From: the human T2T-CHM13v2.0 reference genome, Homo sapiens
Strand: one strand, 5' to 3'
Assembly (NCBI RefSeq): GCF_009914755.1
Contig: NC_060940.1
DNA length: 64,000 nucleotides
The notes below the pieces were generated by a model, which ran no database searches, was not told where the DNA came from, and worked only from the letters and a program-made list of their open reading frames with translations. Shown here piece after piece: positions 1 to 20,269 of the stretch. The position numbers and the translations under genes were made by a program. Numbering within the stretch: the first letter of the stretch is position 1; every line of letters begins with the position of its first letter.

Positions 1-297
1 GAAAAAAAAAGATGGGATTTGAATTGACATTGCCTCATGTGTATGGGTCCATGTGGGTAATTTGAGGTCCTTCTTTAGATCCTTCTGTAAAACTTTATAT
101 TTTTTCTCATCTCGGTCTTGCCAGTTCCTTATTTGTATCTAGGTATTTTTAAAAACAGTTTTTGTCGTATGATGAATATTGTTGGTATAAAAGATGATTG
201 ATTTTTATTTTATTGCATGTCTCATCAACATATTAAATATTCACATTGGTTTTCATCATTTTCCAGTTAATTTTCTTCAGGTTTTCAAATTACTTCA

Positions 298-963
<666 letters not shown>

Positions 964-1189
964 CCAAAAACTATAACTCTTATTTTGAACAATTTTACCA
1001 CATTGGCCAGGCCTACCCCTTCCTTGGAGCAATAAGGTTGTTGCAGGCCTTCTTGTTTTACTCTAGACTAGACCAGGAGTGGTTCTTGCCCAAACTGTTA
1101 GGTGTGATGTTTGTGACAGATTTCTAGTTTTCTTCTCCGATAGAGAAAGATTTATTTTGTTCTATTACCATTCAAATACTATTATGTAA

Positions 1190-1400
1190 TATTTACTGAA
1201 GGCATACTGTGTTCTGCATATTCTGTTAAGCACTGTATTTCCATAATTTATTTCTCATAACTCTCAATACCATTATTTCTCCCATTTTACAGATGAAGAC
1301 ACTGAGGCTCAGAGAGGTTAAGTGACTTGTCCAAGGATACACAGCTGGGAAGTGGGAGTTGGGATAGAAATCAATTCCTCACTGACACCAGTGCGTGTGC
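1190..1400 (-). mobile_element. MIR SINE
   Basis: Core CATTTTACAGATGAAGACACTGAGGCTCAGAGAGGTTAAGTGACTTG. Confidence 0.85.
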
Positions 1401-1434
1401 TGTATAATCTACTGCCTCTTAAGGTAGTTTACAC

Positions 1435-1537
1435 TTTTTTTTTTTGAGACAGAGTCTCAACTCCTGACCTCAAGTGATCCACCCACCTCAGCCTCCCAAA
1501 GTGCTGAGATTACAGGTGTGAGCTGCCGTGCCTGGGC
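1435..1537 (-). mobile_element. Internally deleted Alu
   Basis: Tail end joined directly to the 5' part of the left monomer. Confidence 0.85.
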
Positions 1538-1619
1538 AAAATTTTTTAAGATAAGGAATATCTGTTAAATTAGCAAATTACTTTTTAGCATATATTGATA
1601 TAAACATATGATTTATTTC

Positions 1620-2160
1620 TCTTCATTTATTCAACCAGCAAATATTTATGGAGAGCCTGTTGTATGTTCTAGGCCCTGGGGATGTGAAGGTGACCAAGTT
1701 AGATCAAGTCCTTGACCTGCGGTTTGACGGGTAAGGGATAATGGCAATGGAAAGGAAAACAAGTCAATAAGCAAGGCAGTTTCTGCTGGTGGTTAGTGCT
1801 GTGAGTGGAATAAACTGTGAGTGACAAAGAAGCCTGGAATTCTAGGGGGAGGAGGAGCAGAGGTGGTAATTGGCGGCTGGGGAAGGCTGCTGTGAGAGGC
1901 CTCTGAGAAAAAGCTACCTAGGAGTAGAGAGGGTGAGAAAGAGTCATGCAGAGAGCTAGGGGAGGGACATTTCAGGCCAAGGAAACAGCAAGTGCTTAGA
2001 GGAAATGTTGCTGGAACATGGTAAGTGAGCAAGTGGCACCACCCCCTCAGGGCTGGAAAAGCCAGTCACCGTTGTTGTAAGGAGTTTGGATTTGTTCTAA
2101 GTATGGAGGGGAGCCACTGGGGGGAGTGACATGAGCAATGGATATCAGATCTCTCCTGGA
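1620..2160 (-). mobile_element. L2 LINE 3' fragment
   Basis: TTCATTTATTCAACCAGCAAATATTTAT terminus followed by the typical purine-rich antisense L2 body. Confidence 0.7.
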
Positions 2161-2617
2161 ATCCATGAGCTACACTAAATGATTTTCTGATATTGAACCA
2201 ACCTTGCATTCTAGAATACAGTCTTCCATTTGTATTATTAAATAGAAGATGTATATATTCCATATATGTAAAAAATGTGTGGGCTAGCACAAGAATAGAT
2301 ACATAAGTCAACAGAATAGGATATAGAGGCCAGGAACAAATATATATTTATAATATCTACACATTAAGGAGTTTGGTAACATGACAAAAATAGCATTTCA
2401 AATCAGTGAAAATGGCATTGGGGCAATTGACCAGCCTATGAAAAATATTTTCCAGCTGTAATTCACATTAAACACAAAATTTATTTTCAGGTCAATTAAG
2501 GAGTTAAAAGTTGTAAACACAAAACCATAAAAGCACAATAAGAAAATATGAGATAATATTTTAAAATATTATTTAGGTAAAGGTTTTTTACAGTGAGACG
2601 TAAAACTCAGAAGTGTC

Positions 2618-5557
<2,940 letters not shown>

Positions 5558-5908
5558 CTTGTGGAGCACGGCTTTTAAATAACCAACGCTCGGCCTGACC
5601 ACCCAGAGATTTGATTGGTCTGGCAAGGGCCCCCACGTGGATCTAGTTTAAGCTCCTCCGGTGGTTCTAACCAGAGTTGAGAACCACGGGACCCGAGCGG
5701 GGCTGGGAGAGGAATGAGGGAGGGACAGTGCTGGCAGGAGTGAGGGGTTGGGGCGAGGCAGGACTCACAAGCGCCTGGGAAGGCGGGGACGGGGTGTAGG
5801 GGGCTGGCAAGCACCCCTGCCTCTGTGGCCTCATTAGTCTCTCAGTATTGGGAGTCAGCACTCCCTCCTGATCAGACACCCATCTTTGTGGCCCCATGAC
5901 CTTGGGTC

Positions 5909-6396
<488 letters not shown>

Positions 6397-7904
6397 CTCA
6401 GGCCCCATTCAGACGAAACGTGGCTTTCATCCTGGACACTGTCCCTAAGAAGGACAGAGGAGGGGGTGCAGGTGAACCAACCCCCCTGCCATTGCCAGCA
6501 CCTCCCAGGACCAGCCCCAAAGGCTGATGGGGGCTGGTTACCTGGCTGCCACCGCTGCCAGGCCCTGCACGCAGCCCTAACATCCCCCTGGCAGGCTGGA
6601 GCCTTCCACAGACCTCTCAGCCGAGTGAGGTCGCGAGGCCGCAGACGCCACTATGGATGGTCAGGCGGCCCCTGTGAGCGCAGCTGAAAGACAGAGAGAC
6701 TGAGGACAGGTGGGACTCGGGTTGCTTTGGGGGATCTGAAGGCCAGAGGTCGCTCCACAGCTGGTTTGAGCTGCTGCGAGCAGGGCGAGGCCAGAGGGAC
6801 GAGTAGGTGCCACTGCTGCCTCCTCCCCGGGAGCCTCCCAGGTAGCACCAGGTTTCACCCCTAGAGCTTTGTCTGTGAGCGAAGGTGAACCTGAGGCCTT
6901 CCTGGTGTGGTGTGGGCTCAAGCCCAGTTCCTCAGGCTCAGCAAGTGGCCTGCTGCCTCATTCCTGAGAAGCCTCAGTCCCGACGGACTAGCCGCCTCTG
7001 CCCATCACCCGCCCACCTGATCTGTGCCTCAGTCCTTGCCGGGACCTGCTGGGTCCTTCCCTGCCACTTGGCGCCCGGGTGGGACTTCCCAGTGCTGGCT
7101 GCCTACCTGGGCTGCCAGTATCTCCCACCACGGCTGCTTGGATGCTCCTCTCTTCCCACATCCTGCCCCTGCCCCCTCCCAGGGCCTTGGAATTCAGGAC
7201 TCGGTTCTCTCGAGGTGGCCCCAGCATCATCACTTGAGCTCAAAAGCCTTCCCGAAGGAAGAAGGAAGTGGCACCTGCACCTCAGGGCCCTACCCTGCTC
7301 ACTGCATGGACCCCTGGAGTCCAAGGGGTGGAGAGGCCCAGCCCTGGGGAGCCCAGCACCCTGGGACAGAAGAAGAGGGGTGCAGCCTGCAGCCTGTGAT
7401 GGCCAACAGTGAGCCCCAGGCTCAGGGTCACCTCCAGGGAGGGGTCCAGAAAAACACCAGGGCCTCTGGAGCCTGGCCATAGGGGAAGACCCTGCAGCCA
7501 ACACCCAGGCTGGCCCAGGGCAGTGGCACTTCTTCCGAGAAGGCCTCTGCGGTTGCCGTCTCTCTCGACCCTTGTCTCACCCAAGGCTGTGGGCAGGAGA
7601 GGCCCTGGGGCTGCCCACTCGCCTGGGGGCGGCGCCTGCACCCTCCCTGCCCCTCATGACCTCGCCCCTCCTGTGCTGTCACCTCCATCTACAGGTGGGG
7701 TGCTGAGGCCCAGAGAAGTAGCCTCCCATGGGGGGTCCCAGTGCCAGGAAGGGTGCCCAGGTCTGCCGATTCCCCAGGCCGTGGCTCAGCATCACCACTG
7801 CCTGCCCGCAGCACCTTCAAGATGCTTCCTGCTTCTCCTGGGCCATCACTGGTACCTGGGGGAGCTGGGTTTTGTCCCTGGGACCTGTCCTGGGCCATTC
7901 TTAG

Positions 7905-8150
<246 letters not shown>

Positions 8151-8416
8151 TAGTCTCAAAGTCCTGACCTCAAGTGATCCGCCCACCTTGGCCTCCCAAA
8201 GTGTTGGGATTACAGGCGTGAGCCACCGTGCCTGGCCACATCTCTTTTTTCTACAGCATGAGCCAGTCCTGCCCCAGGAGACAGCTTCTTGGAGTCTCGT
8301 GGAGTCTCCCCAGTCCCCCTCCCCAGAGTAGCTCAGGCCTTAAGGCCACTGTCCTTCCTGCCAGCATCCCTTCTCCCTCCCCTGCCCTGCACTGAGGTCA
8401 CCTGGACCCAACTTAC

Positions 8417-8481
8417 CTCCCGGGCCTCGATGCTGCTCCAGGGACAGCAAGACTGGGGGGCCTGGGGGCGTCCATCTCCAT
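8417..8481 (-). CDS. NLRC3: Putative N-terminal coding segment of an extended NLRC3 isoform (MEMDAPRPPSLAVPGAASRPG-R, phase 2)
   Basis: AGC-ATG-G strong Kozak context; open for 65 nt up to the GTAAGT donor; downstream exons lie outside the window. Confidence 0.55.
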
Positions 8482-8669
8482 GCTCCTGGGCTCAGCCCTG
8501 CTCCAGCTGCGTGGTGGTAGATGCCCTGGGAATCCCTGTGCCAGCCTGAGTTCTCAGGACCAGGGATCAGGGCACTTACCACGCCAACCAACCAACCGTG
8601 TGGGGGCCGAGAGCAGTGCAGCCCCGACCTTCTGCAGCCCCACCGAGCCCACCGGCTGTCCCTGTGGCT

Positions 8670-8670
<1 letters not shown>
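8417..8670 (-). other. NLRC3: NLRC3 first exon (5' end approximate; intron 1 runs off the left edge)
   Basis: Consensus donor GAG|GTAAGT at 8417/8416; carries a peptide I recall as the start of a long NLRC3 isoform; NLRC3 is the known same-strand neighbour of SLX4. Confidence 0.75.
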
Positions 8671-9295
<625 letters not shown>

Positions 9296-10435
9296 TGAAC
9301 GCCTGACCTCAGGTGATCCACCCACCTTGGCTTCCCAAAGGGGTGGGATTACAGGCGTGAGCCACTGCGCCCAGCCTATTTATTTTTTGAGACAGGATCT
9401 TGCTCTGTCACCCAGACTGGAGTGCAGTGGTGTGATCTCGGCTCACTGTAGCCTCTACCTCCTGGGGCTCAAGTGATCCTCCTGCCTTGGCCTCCCAAAA
9501 CACGGAGATAACAGGTGTGAGCCACTGTGCTCCCTCTTTTAACACCTCTTGCTTTCTTTTCTCTCTGTCACCCAGTAGGCACCTCTGACTCAGCTGTGCC
9601 CCATAACATCTTCCTGTGAGCAAAGGGCTCCCCAGAGGCAGGTCACCTGTACCCTAAGAGGAAACAGCAGAATGTTGCCGTCCGCGGCAGGAGATCGCAC
9701 TCGGCCCCTGGAAGTGGACCTCAGTGGGTGGCCTGCCCTGACAGGGAAGGGCGTGAGGGGGAAGGACATGGCCCAGAGCAAGCCACATGAGAAAAATTAC
9801 AATAAAGTATGGGACATCCGCTGGGGACAGGGAGCAAGCAACATGGGGCCACTGAGGGAAGGAGGTGACAAGGTGGGAGCCAAGGGACAGGGGTCCTGGG
9901 GTCTGAATTTTCCTCAGCAAGCAAGTGGGAGCCAGCAATGGTTGTAGAGCAGGAGAGTAGTGGGTCTGGACTCATAGAGCAGCTTGTGGCTCAGGGGAGG
10001 TAGGAGGGTTAGCTGGTTCCCCAGAGCCTGTGTGGGTGATGGGGGGGAGGGAACTGAGGCAGCAGACCAGAAGTGCTCCTGCACATTCCCCTGCCTGCCT
10101 ACCTTCTTTTGTCCCTCCTTCCTCTCCCTCCCTCCCAACAATGCTTTCTGAGCACCCAGGAACCTGCTGGGTGCTGGGAGGACACGATGGACCCTCGAGA
10201 AGGCTGCCCGAGGCTCCAGGCAGGCAGAGTGCAGACCCAGCAGCTGCAGCCTCGGCTGTGGGGAGCAACAAAGGCGCCTGAAACCAGGCCGCCCACAGGA
10301 TGTTGGAAACCACAGGGCCCGGTGGGTATCCGTCACATAAAAGGGGCCAGAGGCTCACACTGCCTCCCTTTGTGGCTCAGGGGGATGGATGCGGAGCCTG
10401 AGAGGACACAGCCTCATCCACGGGATCTTGGGGAG

Positions 10436-10481
10436 CAGCCCAACCCAGCCCAGCCCAGCCCCGCCCCGCCCCGCCCCGCCC
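10436..10481. repeat. Pentamer tandem repeat, (CAGCC)n grading into (CCGCC)n
   Basis: cagcc caacc cagcc cagcc cagcc ccgcc ccgcc ccgcc ccgcc c. Confidence 0.95.
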
Positions 10482-10879
10482 GTTCCTCCCCCTCGCAGGA
10501 ATGTCCATCAGTCCACACAGGGCTGGTCCCATTCCCCACTCTGCCCGCTCTGCTGAGAACCAGGTGGGCCGTCCTCCTGGCTCCTGGTGGAGGTGGGGGT
10601 GCTGGGCTGGGGGCTCCCTAACTGTTCTCACTCTGGGGCTTTCTGTCCACCCAGAGCTGGGGTCAGCCAGACAGGAAGCGACCTCAGCCCTTCCTAACTC
10701 AGCAACAGCGCAAGGCCCCTGCCTGCAGGCTCTTTCTTTGTAAGTGCCCTTGCCTGGGCCCAGGCTGGGGTGTGGCTCCCCTGTGACTGCCTTGAGGGGC
10801 TGTGCCCAAGCCATGCCAGGTTGGGGCCACCAAAAGTGGGACAGGCCTGGAGGCCTGTTCATATTACAGTGAGGCATAG

Positions 10880-11221
<342 letters not shown>

Positions 11222-12468
11222 TAGTTTTATGTTGCCCGGGTCAGCGTCATCCCTGTAGCAGGGGCCAGGTCTACTCCTGGATGCCACCACGCCTCTGTGG
11301 GTTCCTGCAGTGACTCCTTCAACCCTTTCCCTCTGGAGGAATCAGCTGCTTCACAGCTTGTTTCAGGACAAGGAAATGCTGCTTTGTACAGGTTCAGGGC
11401 CAGCATCCAGTCCCCTGGCTGGGTGGCAGTGCATAAACCAAGCCTCTGCCCAGCGCTGTCAGCCCAGGGAGCGTCCAGCAGCCCCAACTGAATCCAAGGT
11501 CACCACAAGGCTCGAATCCAGTCCCCAGGCCATGCCTCCCCTGGCCTTGGGCTCACACTGCACTCAAGGCTCCTAACCCAGCTTGTTAACTACTTGGAAC
11601 CCCTCCCCCAACCCATCTTTACCAGCCTTGAAGTTCTGAACTTTCAAGTCATGGCACATAACACATACTTCCCCAAACCACAAACCCTGCGAGGCCGGAC
11701 AGGGGCCCCGAGTCCCCCACCTGCACCACTCCCTCTCGCTTCCCTAACACCAGGGAGGGGGATCAGCCCATCAAGGAAGCAGTGCGTGATGCCTTCCGAA
11801 ACAGGCCAGAGGCCAGCCTCAGATTGATCACAGCTGATCTCAGCCTCTCAAATTGTTCGCCCCGGGCACCGTAAGCTGGGAGGCCTGGGCCTCTCCGCTG
11901 GTTCACGTGCCAGGACATAGTATGTGCGCCAGAAATCACATTTCACCCCCTAAATGCTGCTGAGCCCTAAGATGCAGCTCACAAACCCCTCTTCTGGGAG
12001 GCTGTCCCTGACACGGCCCTTCAAGCCACTGGAGCCCGACTCCCCACCAGGCTGGGATAGGCCAGCGTCTGTCTCCTCCACTGGACCGGACGCAATGGTA
12101 AAGGCATGTGCTGTCTTGGTGAGTTGTGGGGTGGGGCCTGAATCTGCTTTTGTAGCAACTCCCGGCTGAGGCAGCAGCTGGGGGTGCTTGGGCCCCACTT
12201 TGAGGTGCGGGGGCTGGAGCTTGGCACCCAGCCAGGGCTCTGTTGGATACGGGTGTGTGGATTAATGGATGAACATCTGCATCTCTGGTCTGGGAACTGA
12301 AATGAGGAGACAGCAGGCCCAGGTTACTCCAAAGTAAAGGGCAGGTGCAAGGTGGGGACTTCTGCAGGCGTGGGGCACGGGCTGAGGGGCCACGGTGCCT
12401 CCAGGTCCCCCGTTTCGCTCGTGGTCTCCCTGGAGTGTGGCAGCCAGATTTTAATAAAGCCTTTTTGG

Positions 12469-12474
12469 TTTATT
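12469..12474 (-). terminator. SLX4: SLX4 polyadenylation signal AATAAA
   Basis: tttatt on the + strand, about 1.14 kb after the stop; an ATTAAA variant follows at 12455-12450. Confidence 0.8.
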
Positions 12475-12880
12475 GCACATCATATAAAACTGACTGCACT
12501 GTATTTGAAACAGACGAGGACATTCACAAGGATGGAGAAACCAAGGTTTCCTTCTTTCCTGGCCCTCATCTTCCTCCACACTGCTCCTGAGGCTGGAGGC
12601 AGCTTTAACCCAAAGAATGGAATCCGCTAGTGAACATGTTTGTTTTGTGGTGGCATCAGAGTTGTTCTGGGCCCTTGTGCACTGTCCAGTTTGGAGACTG
12701 CTGGTAACAATGACAAGTGTCCGGGTAGCACGGCTGGGTCAGGAGAACTGCATCTGGGCTGTGGCAGTGCAGGGAGCCTCAGGACACCTGGTCTCAGGCT
12801 GGCGGTGGCTGGGGTTGGCCTGAGTGCTGAGGAGGACGGGCCCGGGCTGCCGGGGCAGGCTGGACCTGACGTCCATCTCA

Positions 12881-13335
<455 letters not shown>

Positions 13336-13609
13336 AAGGGAGACACACTGTGAGCACGGACAGAGGAAGGGGCTGGAGTCTGTAAATCCAGTGGGTGACA
13401 TGCTCCAAATGCCACCCTAGAAAGCAGAGCCCAGAGGAGGAAGCCCTGGATTGGGCTGTGGTCATCATCACAGCGCAGAGCTGATGTGGTCCCCAGGCCC
13501 AGAAATGCCTGTGGAGGCCTGACCCACGCTGGGTGTCCCAGGTCCTCCCTGCAAATGGCGGGGGTGGGGGCTGCTGATGGCAGGTTGGGGTGGGGTCGGG
13601 ATGGCCCCA

Positions 13610-13961
13610 TCAGTTCCGCTCCACCTTCTTCTTGCCCCGAGGCTGCCGCCTCCTGCCCTGGAGCTTCTCCCTGCGGGTGGCGGCAGTGGTGAAGGTGATA
13701 CAGTGGGTGTCCAGGAAGTCCAACAGCCTGCGCGAGGACACACGGAGGCCGTTCTGCCTCAGCTCTGCCTGCAGCTCCCGCAGCTCAAAGGGCTGGTACA
13801 GCAGCACCTTCTGGTACAGGGCCGGCTTGGAGCGGATGTAGCACCTCAGCGCCTCGTCTGTGTCCGCCGCCTGCACGGCTGCCTGCGAGGCACTGACCTC
13901 CCCCTCGCCCTCCTCTTCACCTGCAGACTCAAATGCCGCTCCAAACTCACAGGAGGAAGAA
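13610..13961 (-). CDS. SLX4: SLX4 coding part of exon 15 (c.5154-5505; SLX1-binding domain and stop)
   Basis: Acceptor CTCTTTTCAG|; ...ALYQKVLLYQPFELRELQAELRQNG...LLDFLDTHCITFTT...KKKVERN then TGA; the 14 exons sum to 5505 nt. Confidence 0.97.
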
Positions 13962-14364
13962 CTGAAAAGAGCCAGACCAGGACGTTGTGCAACCCCTTTC
14001 TCTCCAGCCCCTGAGACCATGAGCCTCTTTAAAGGAAGGAAGGTGTCTACGGGTCCCATGGAGCCTGGCCTGTGGCACGATCCCCAGCAAGGCAGGACGG
14101 GCCTGAGAGATCCCTGCAGGCTACGCCAGCGGGATCCTGCCCCAGCCAGAAATGTCTAGCATGTGGGGCAGGAACCAGGAGGCCTGCGCAGGGCTGGGGT
14201 CAGGGAACCAGCCCCCTAAACCCACCTGGTTTTCCCACAGGTCAAACCCAGAAGGTGACGGGGGTTTTTGAAGATTGGCCATTAGGTCTCACTCGTGCCA
14301 ACCCTCACGCCCACGGGCCAGAGGATACATGAGGCCACTGACCCCATCGCATCCATCCGGTTAC

Positions 14365-14778
14365 CTCTGTGAGCTCAAGGAGCTGTCACTGCCATCCACA
14401 GAGGTGGCCACGGATTCTTGAGAGGCTGGGATCTGGGCGTCATCATTGAGGCCTGGAGGTGCCTCCTTGGTGGGCGACCTGCTTGGGGGTGTGATGCTTT
14501 CATGATGCTTCCTTTGATGTCGGGGGCCCTTGGTCTTAGCAGGTCCCTTGGGCCTATGGGCCCCAGGTCCTGTGGTGGCCTCCTGCTGGGCATGGACCCC
14601 TGCCCTTGAAGGCTTGTAGGTCTGGGAGGCGAGGGTCTGGCAGTGAGGCGCCTGCAACAGCGGCTGTGAGGACTGGCTCTCGTCCTCGGAGTCTGAGTCC
14701 AGGGTCTGGTGAGTGTACTGGAATATCTCCTTCAGCTTCAGAACCATCTGGCGTTTAGGCAGAGGGCGGACTCCAAAC
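14365..14778 (-). CDS. SLX4: SLX4 exon 14 (c.4740-5153; end of SAP)
   Basis: Acceptor TTCCTCCGTCAG|, donor AG|GTAACC; 414 nt; FGVRPLPKRQMVLKLKEIFQYTHQ. Confidence 0.97.
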
Positions 14779-14987
14779 CTGACGGAGGAACAGGTGGATC
14801 TCAGGACCCACCCACACAGCTGGTCCACACTCCACGTTCCCTATCTTAGCAAAGAGTGATACCCAATGCATTCAGCGAATGGCTTGTGTGACAAACCATA
14901 GATGCCTGACTTCTGTGAGCATCAGAGGTTAGTGTCTATTCTAGGCGCCAACTAAGCTTACTCTGAATATTCCAAAAGAAACATTGC

Positions 14988-15714
<727 letters not shown>

Positions 15715-16036
15715 TCAGACTGCTCTGGCTAGGGGGCCATTTCCATCTACATGGAATATGGGGACCTGCTGCCCAGGGGTGACATGCACGAATCCTGTGT
15801 GTTGCCTCCCTGGGGAATGGTACGCAGAGAGAACTGGGAGGCTCACCCCGGCACCCAGCAGTCACACATGCTCCCTAAGGAGCTGACTGCAGACCTTTCT
15901 TCCCAAGCCCAGGCCAGCTGCATCCACCAGACCCAGAGACCACACGGGGGGCCCTTCCGCCCCCAGGTGTGTGAAACCCAGTTACTTATGGGAGGGAAAA
16001 GACCACTGTGGGCAACAAGCTTTGAAGACCGCCAAC

Positions 16037-16139
16037 CTATCCAGTTCCTTCTTCAGCACCGGCGTCTCCATAATGGAATACTGTGGCATCGGCGTTATGG
16101 GCACTTTGGGGGGCAAGTTCTTCTTCCGATTAGCACCTT
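16037..16139 (-). CDS. SLX4: SLX4 exon 13 (c.4637-4739; start of SAP, MUS81-binding)
   Basis: Acceptor TTTTACCCAG|, donor AG|GTTGGC; 103 nt; PITPMPQYSIMETPVLKKELDR. Confidence 0.97.
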
Positions 16140-16529
16140 CTGGGTAAAACAAAAGAAGCACACGTTTTAGCATGAGGGACACGGATTTCCCACATCTGAT
16201 CCCAGTAGCGTGACCAAGAGGAATAATGCACTTGAAGATAACCCAAGCATCGTTTTGCTCCATGAAAGCAACAGTGGTCACCCCTTCCCTGTCTGGAGCA
16301 GGGGCTTCCCAATGATAGCATCGGTGACACGCACTGAGGACCACACCTTGTATAACACGGGTGCCGGGTGAACAGAGCTCCTGGGGCCACTGAACCCAAC
16401 AGCCCGGCACGTGACTAAAACTTATGCATGTAAACTTAAAAATATCTGACCCACAGTGACAACTTGAGACAATGGGCCACACTGATACTCTTCAAACAGG
16501 CTTAGACATCAGTTTTGCTTTTTAAAAAT

Positions 16530-18780
<2,251 letters not shown>

Positions 18781-18899
18781 TTATGACCATGGAGCCCTTT
18801 GAGCCCCCGATGAAAGCGGCAGGCTCTGTCTCCTGAGAAAAGCACGATTCTTCCTGTGGCCGCAGCGTCGTCCTGAAGCCCACCTCAGATCTGCTGTGC

Positions 18900-20065
18900 A
18901 GCCTCCTGCAGCTGTTCTCACAGCACTGCCTGGGAACTGGTTAGAAATGCAAATTCTTAGTCACCCTCCCGAAGCAAGGCTCTGGGGCAGGCTGGGCCAC
19001 GGGCGTGCTATAAGAAGCTCTCCAGGTGTTTCTGAAGCCCCTGAGGGCCGAGGACACTATCAGTGGCCTCATTCATCTGGATTTTGGGAGGAAATGGGCC
19101 CCCAGGCCGCAGGCAGGTGCTCACTCACAGCCTGGCCTTTCTCCCAGTCATGCTCAGCCCAGCCCGGCCTGTCCTTGCCCTCCCCGGAGGTGCCTGGATG
19201 GGAGCAGCAGCACCGAGGGGGCCGACACCTGGGGCTCTGACTCTCCCCGGGGACTGAAATGAGCAGGGAGGTGGCATCCCTGCACCTGGGAGGACCAGGA
19301 AGAACAGGCCTAACAGCCTCTCACACTTGTCCCACCTGATTCTTTTTTTAATTGAGGTGAAATTCACATAAAAAAATCGTAAAGGGAATAATTCAGTGGC
19401 ATTAAGTATTCACAATGTTGTACAACCATCACCTCTATCTATTTGCAAAACATTTTCACCACCCCAAAAGGACACCCTGTATCCCATAAGCAGTCACTCC
19501 CCATTCCCCCTCCCTCCAACCCAGGCCAACCACTAACCTGCATTTTCTCTGGATTTGCCTATTCTAGACATTTCATATCCATGAGTGCAGACAGTACATG
19601 ACCTTCTATGTCTGGCTTCTCTCACCCGGCAGCATGTTTTCTGGGTCGTCCACGCGGTAGCGTGTGGCAGTGCCTCACTCCTCTTTGTGGCTGAACACTA
19701 TTCCATTTTCTAGTGGTCTAGATGGACCACGTTTGGTTTCCCTGTTCATCTCCTGACGGGCATTTGGGTTGCTTCCAGCTTTTGGCGATTGTGAACAGCG
19801 CTTCTATGAACATGCATGTCTGAGTCCCTGTTTTTAATTCTTTTGGATATACAGGTAAAAGTGGAATTGCTGGGTCCTGCAGTCAATCTACGGTTAACAT
19901 TCTGGAGAACCACCCTGGTCCAATCTTAAGGCATGCCGATACTTGCTGAATGAGTTGTGGCCTTTGGAGGTGCCGGCTCCGTGTTCTGGAGAAGGGTCCA
20001 CAGATGTGGATTTTTAACACATGCCCAGGTGAGCACTGGAGCCAGGCAAGTTTGGGAAACACTGA
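18900..20065. mobile_element. MER5-like DNA transposon fragments (about 18900-19050 and 19950-20065) and an antisense L1M fragment (about 19350-19900)
   Basis: TTAGAAATGCAAATTCT and AAGTTTGGGAAACACTG MER5 motifs; L1 3' UTR-like block. Confidence 0.6.
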
Positions 20066-20269
20066 CTTACTGGCTGAGAAGTGTAGCATGAGAACCAGCC
20101 CGGCTCTCCTCCACTGTGGAGGGGAGTCTGGAAGGCAGCGGAAGTGTCATGCCTCAGGTCAGCAGGCATTCAGAGGGCAGCCCCTGGGTCTCATGACTGA
20201 TCTTCCCACCCTCTTAGTGTAAAATAGTAACAAAGACAGTCCCCTTCCCCAGCTCTCCTGGCTACTCAC

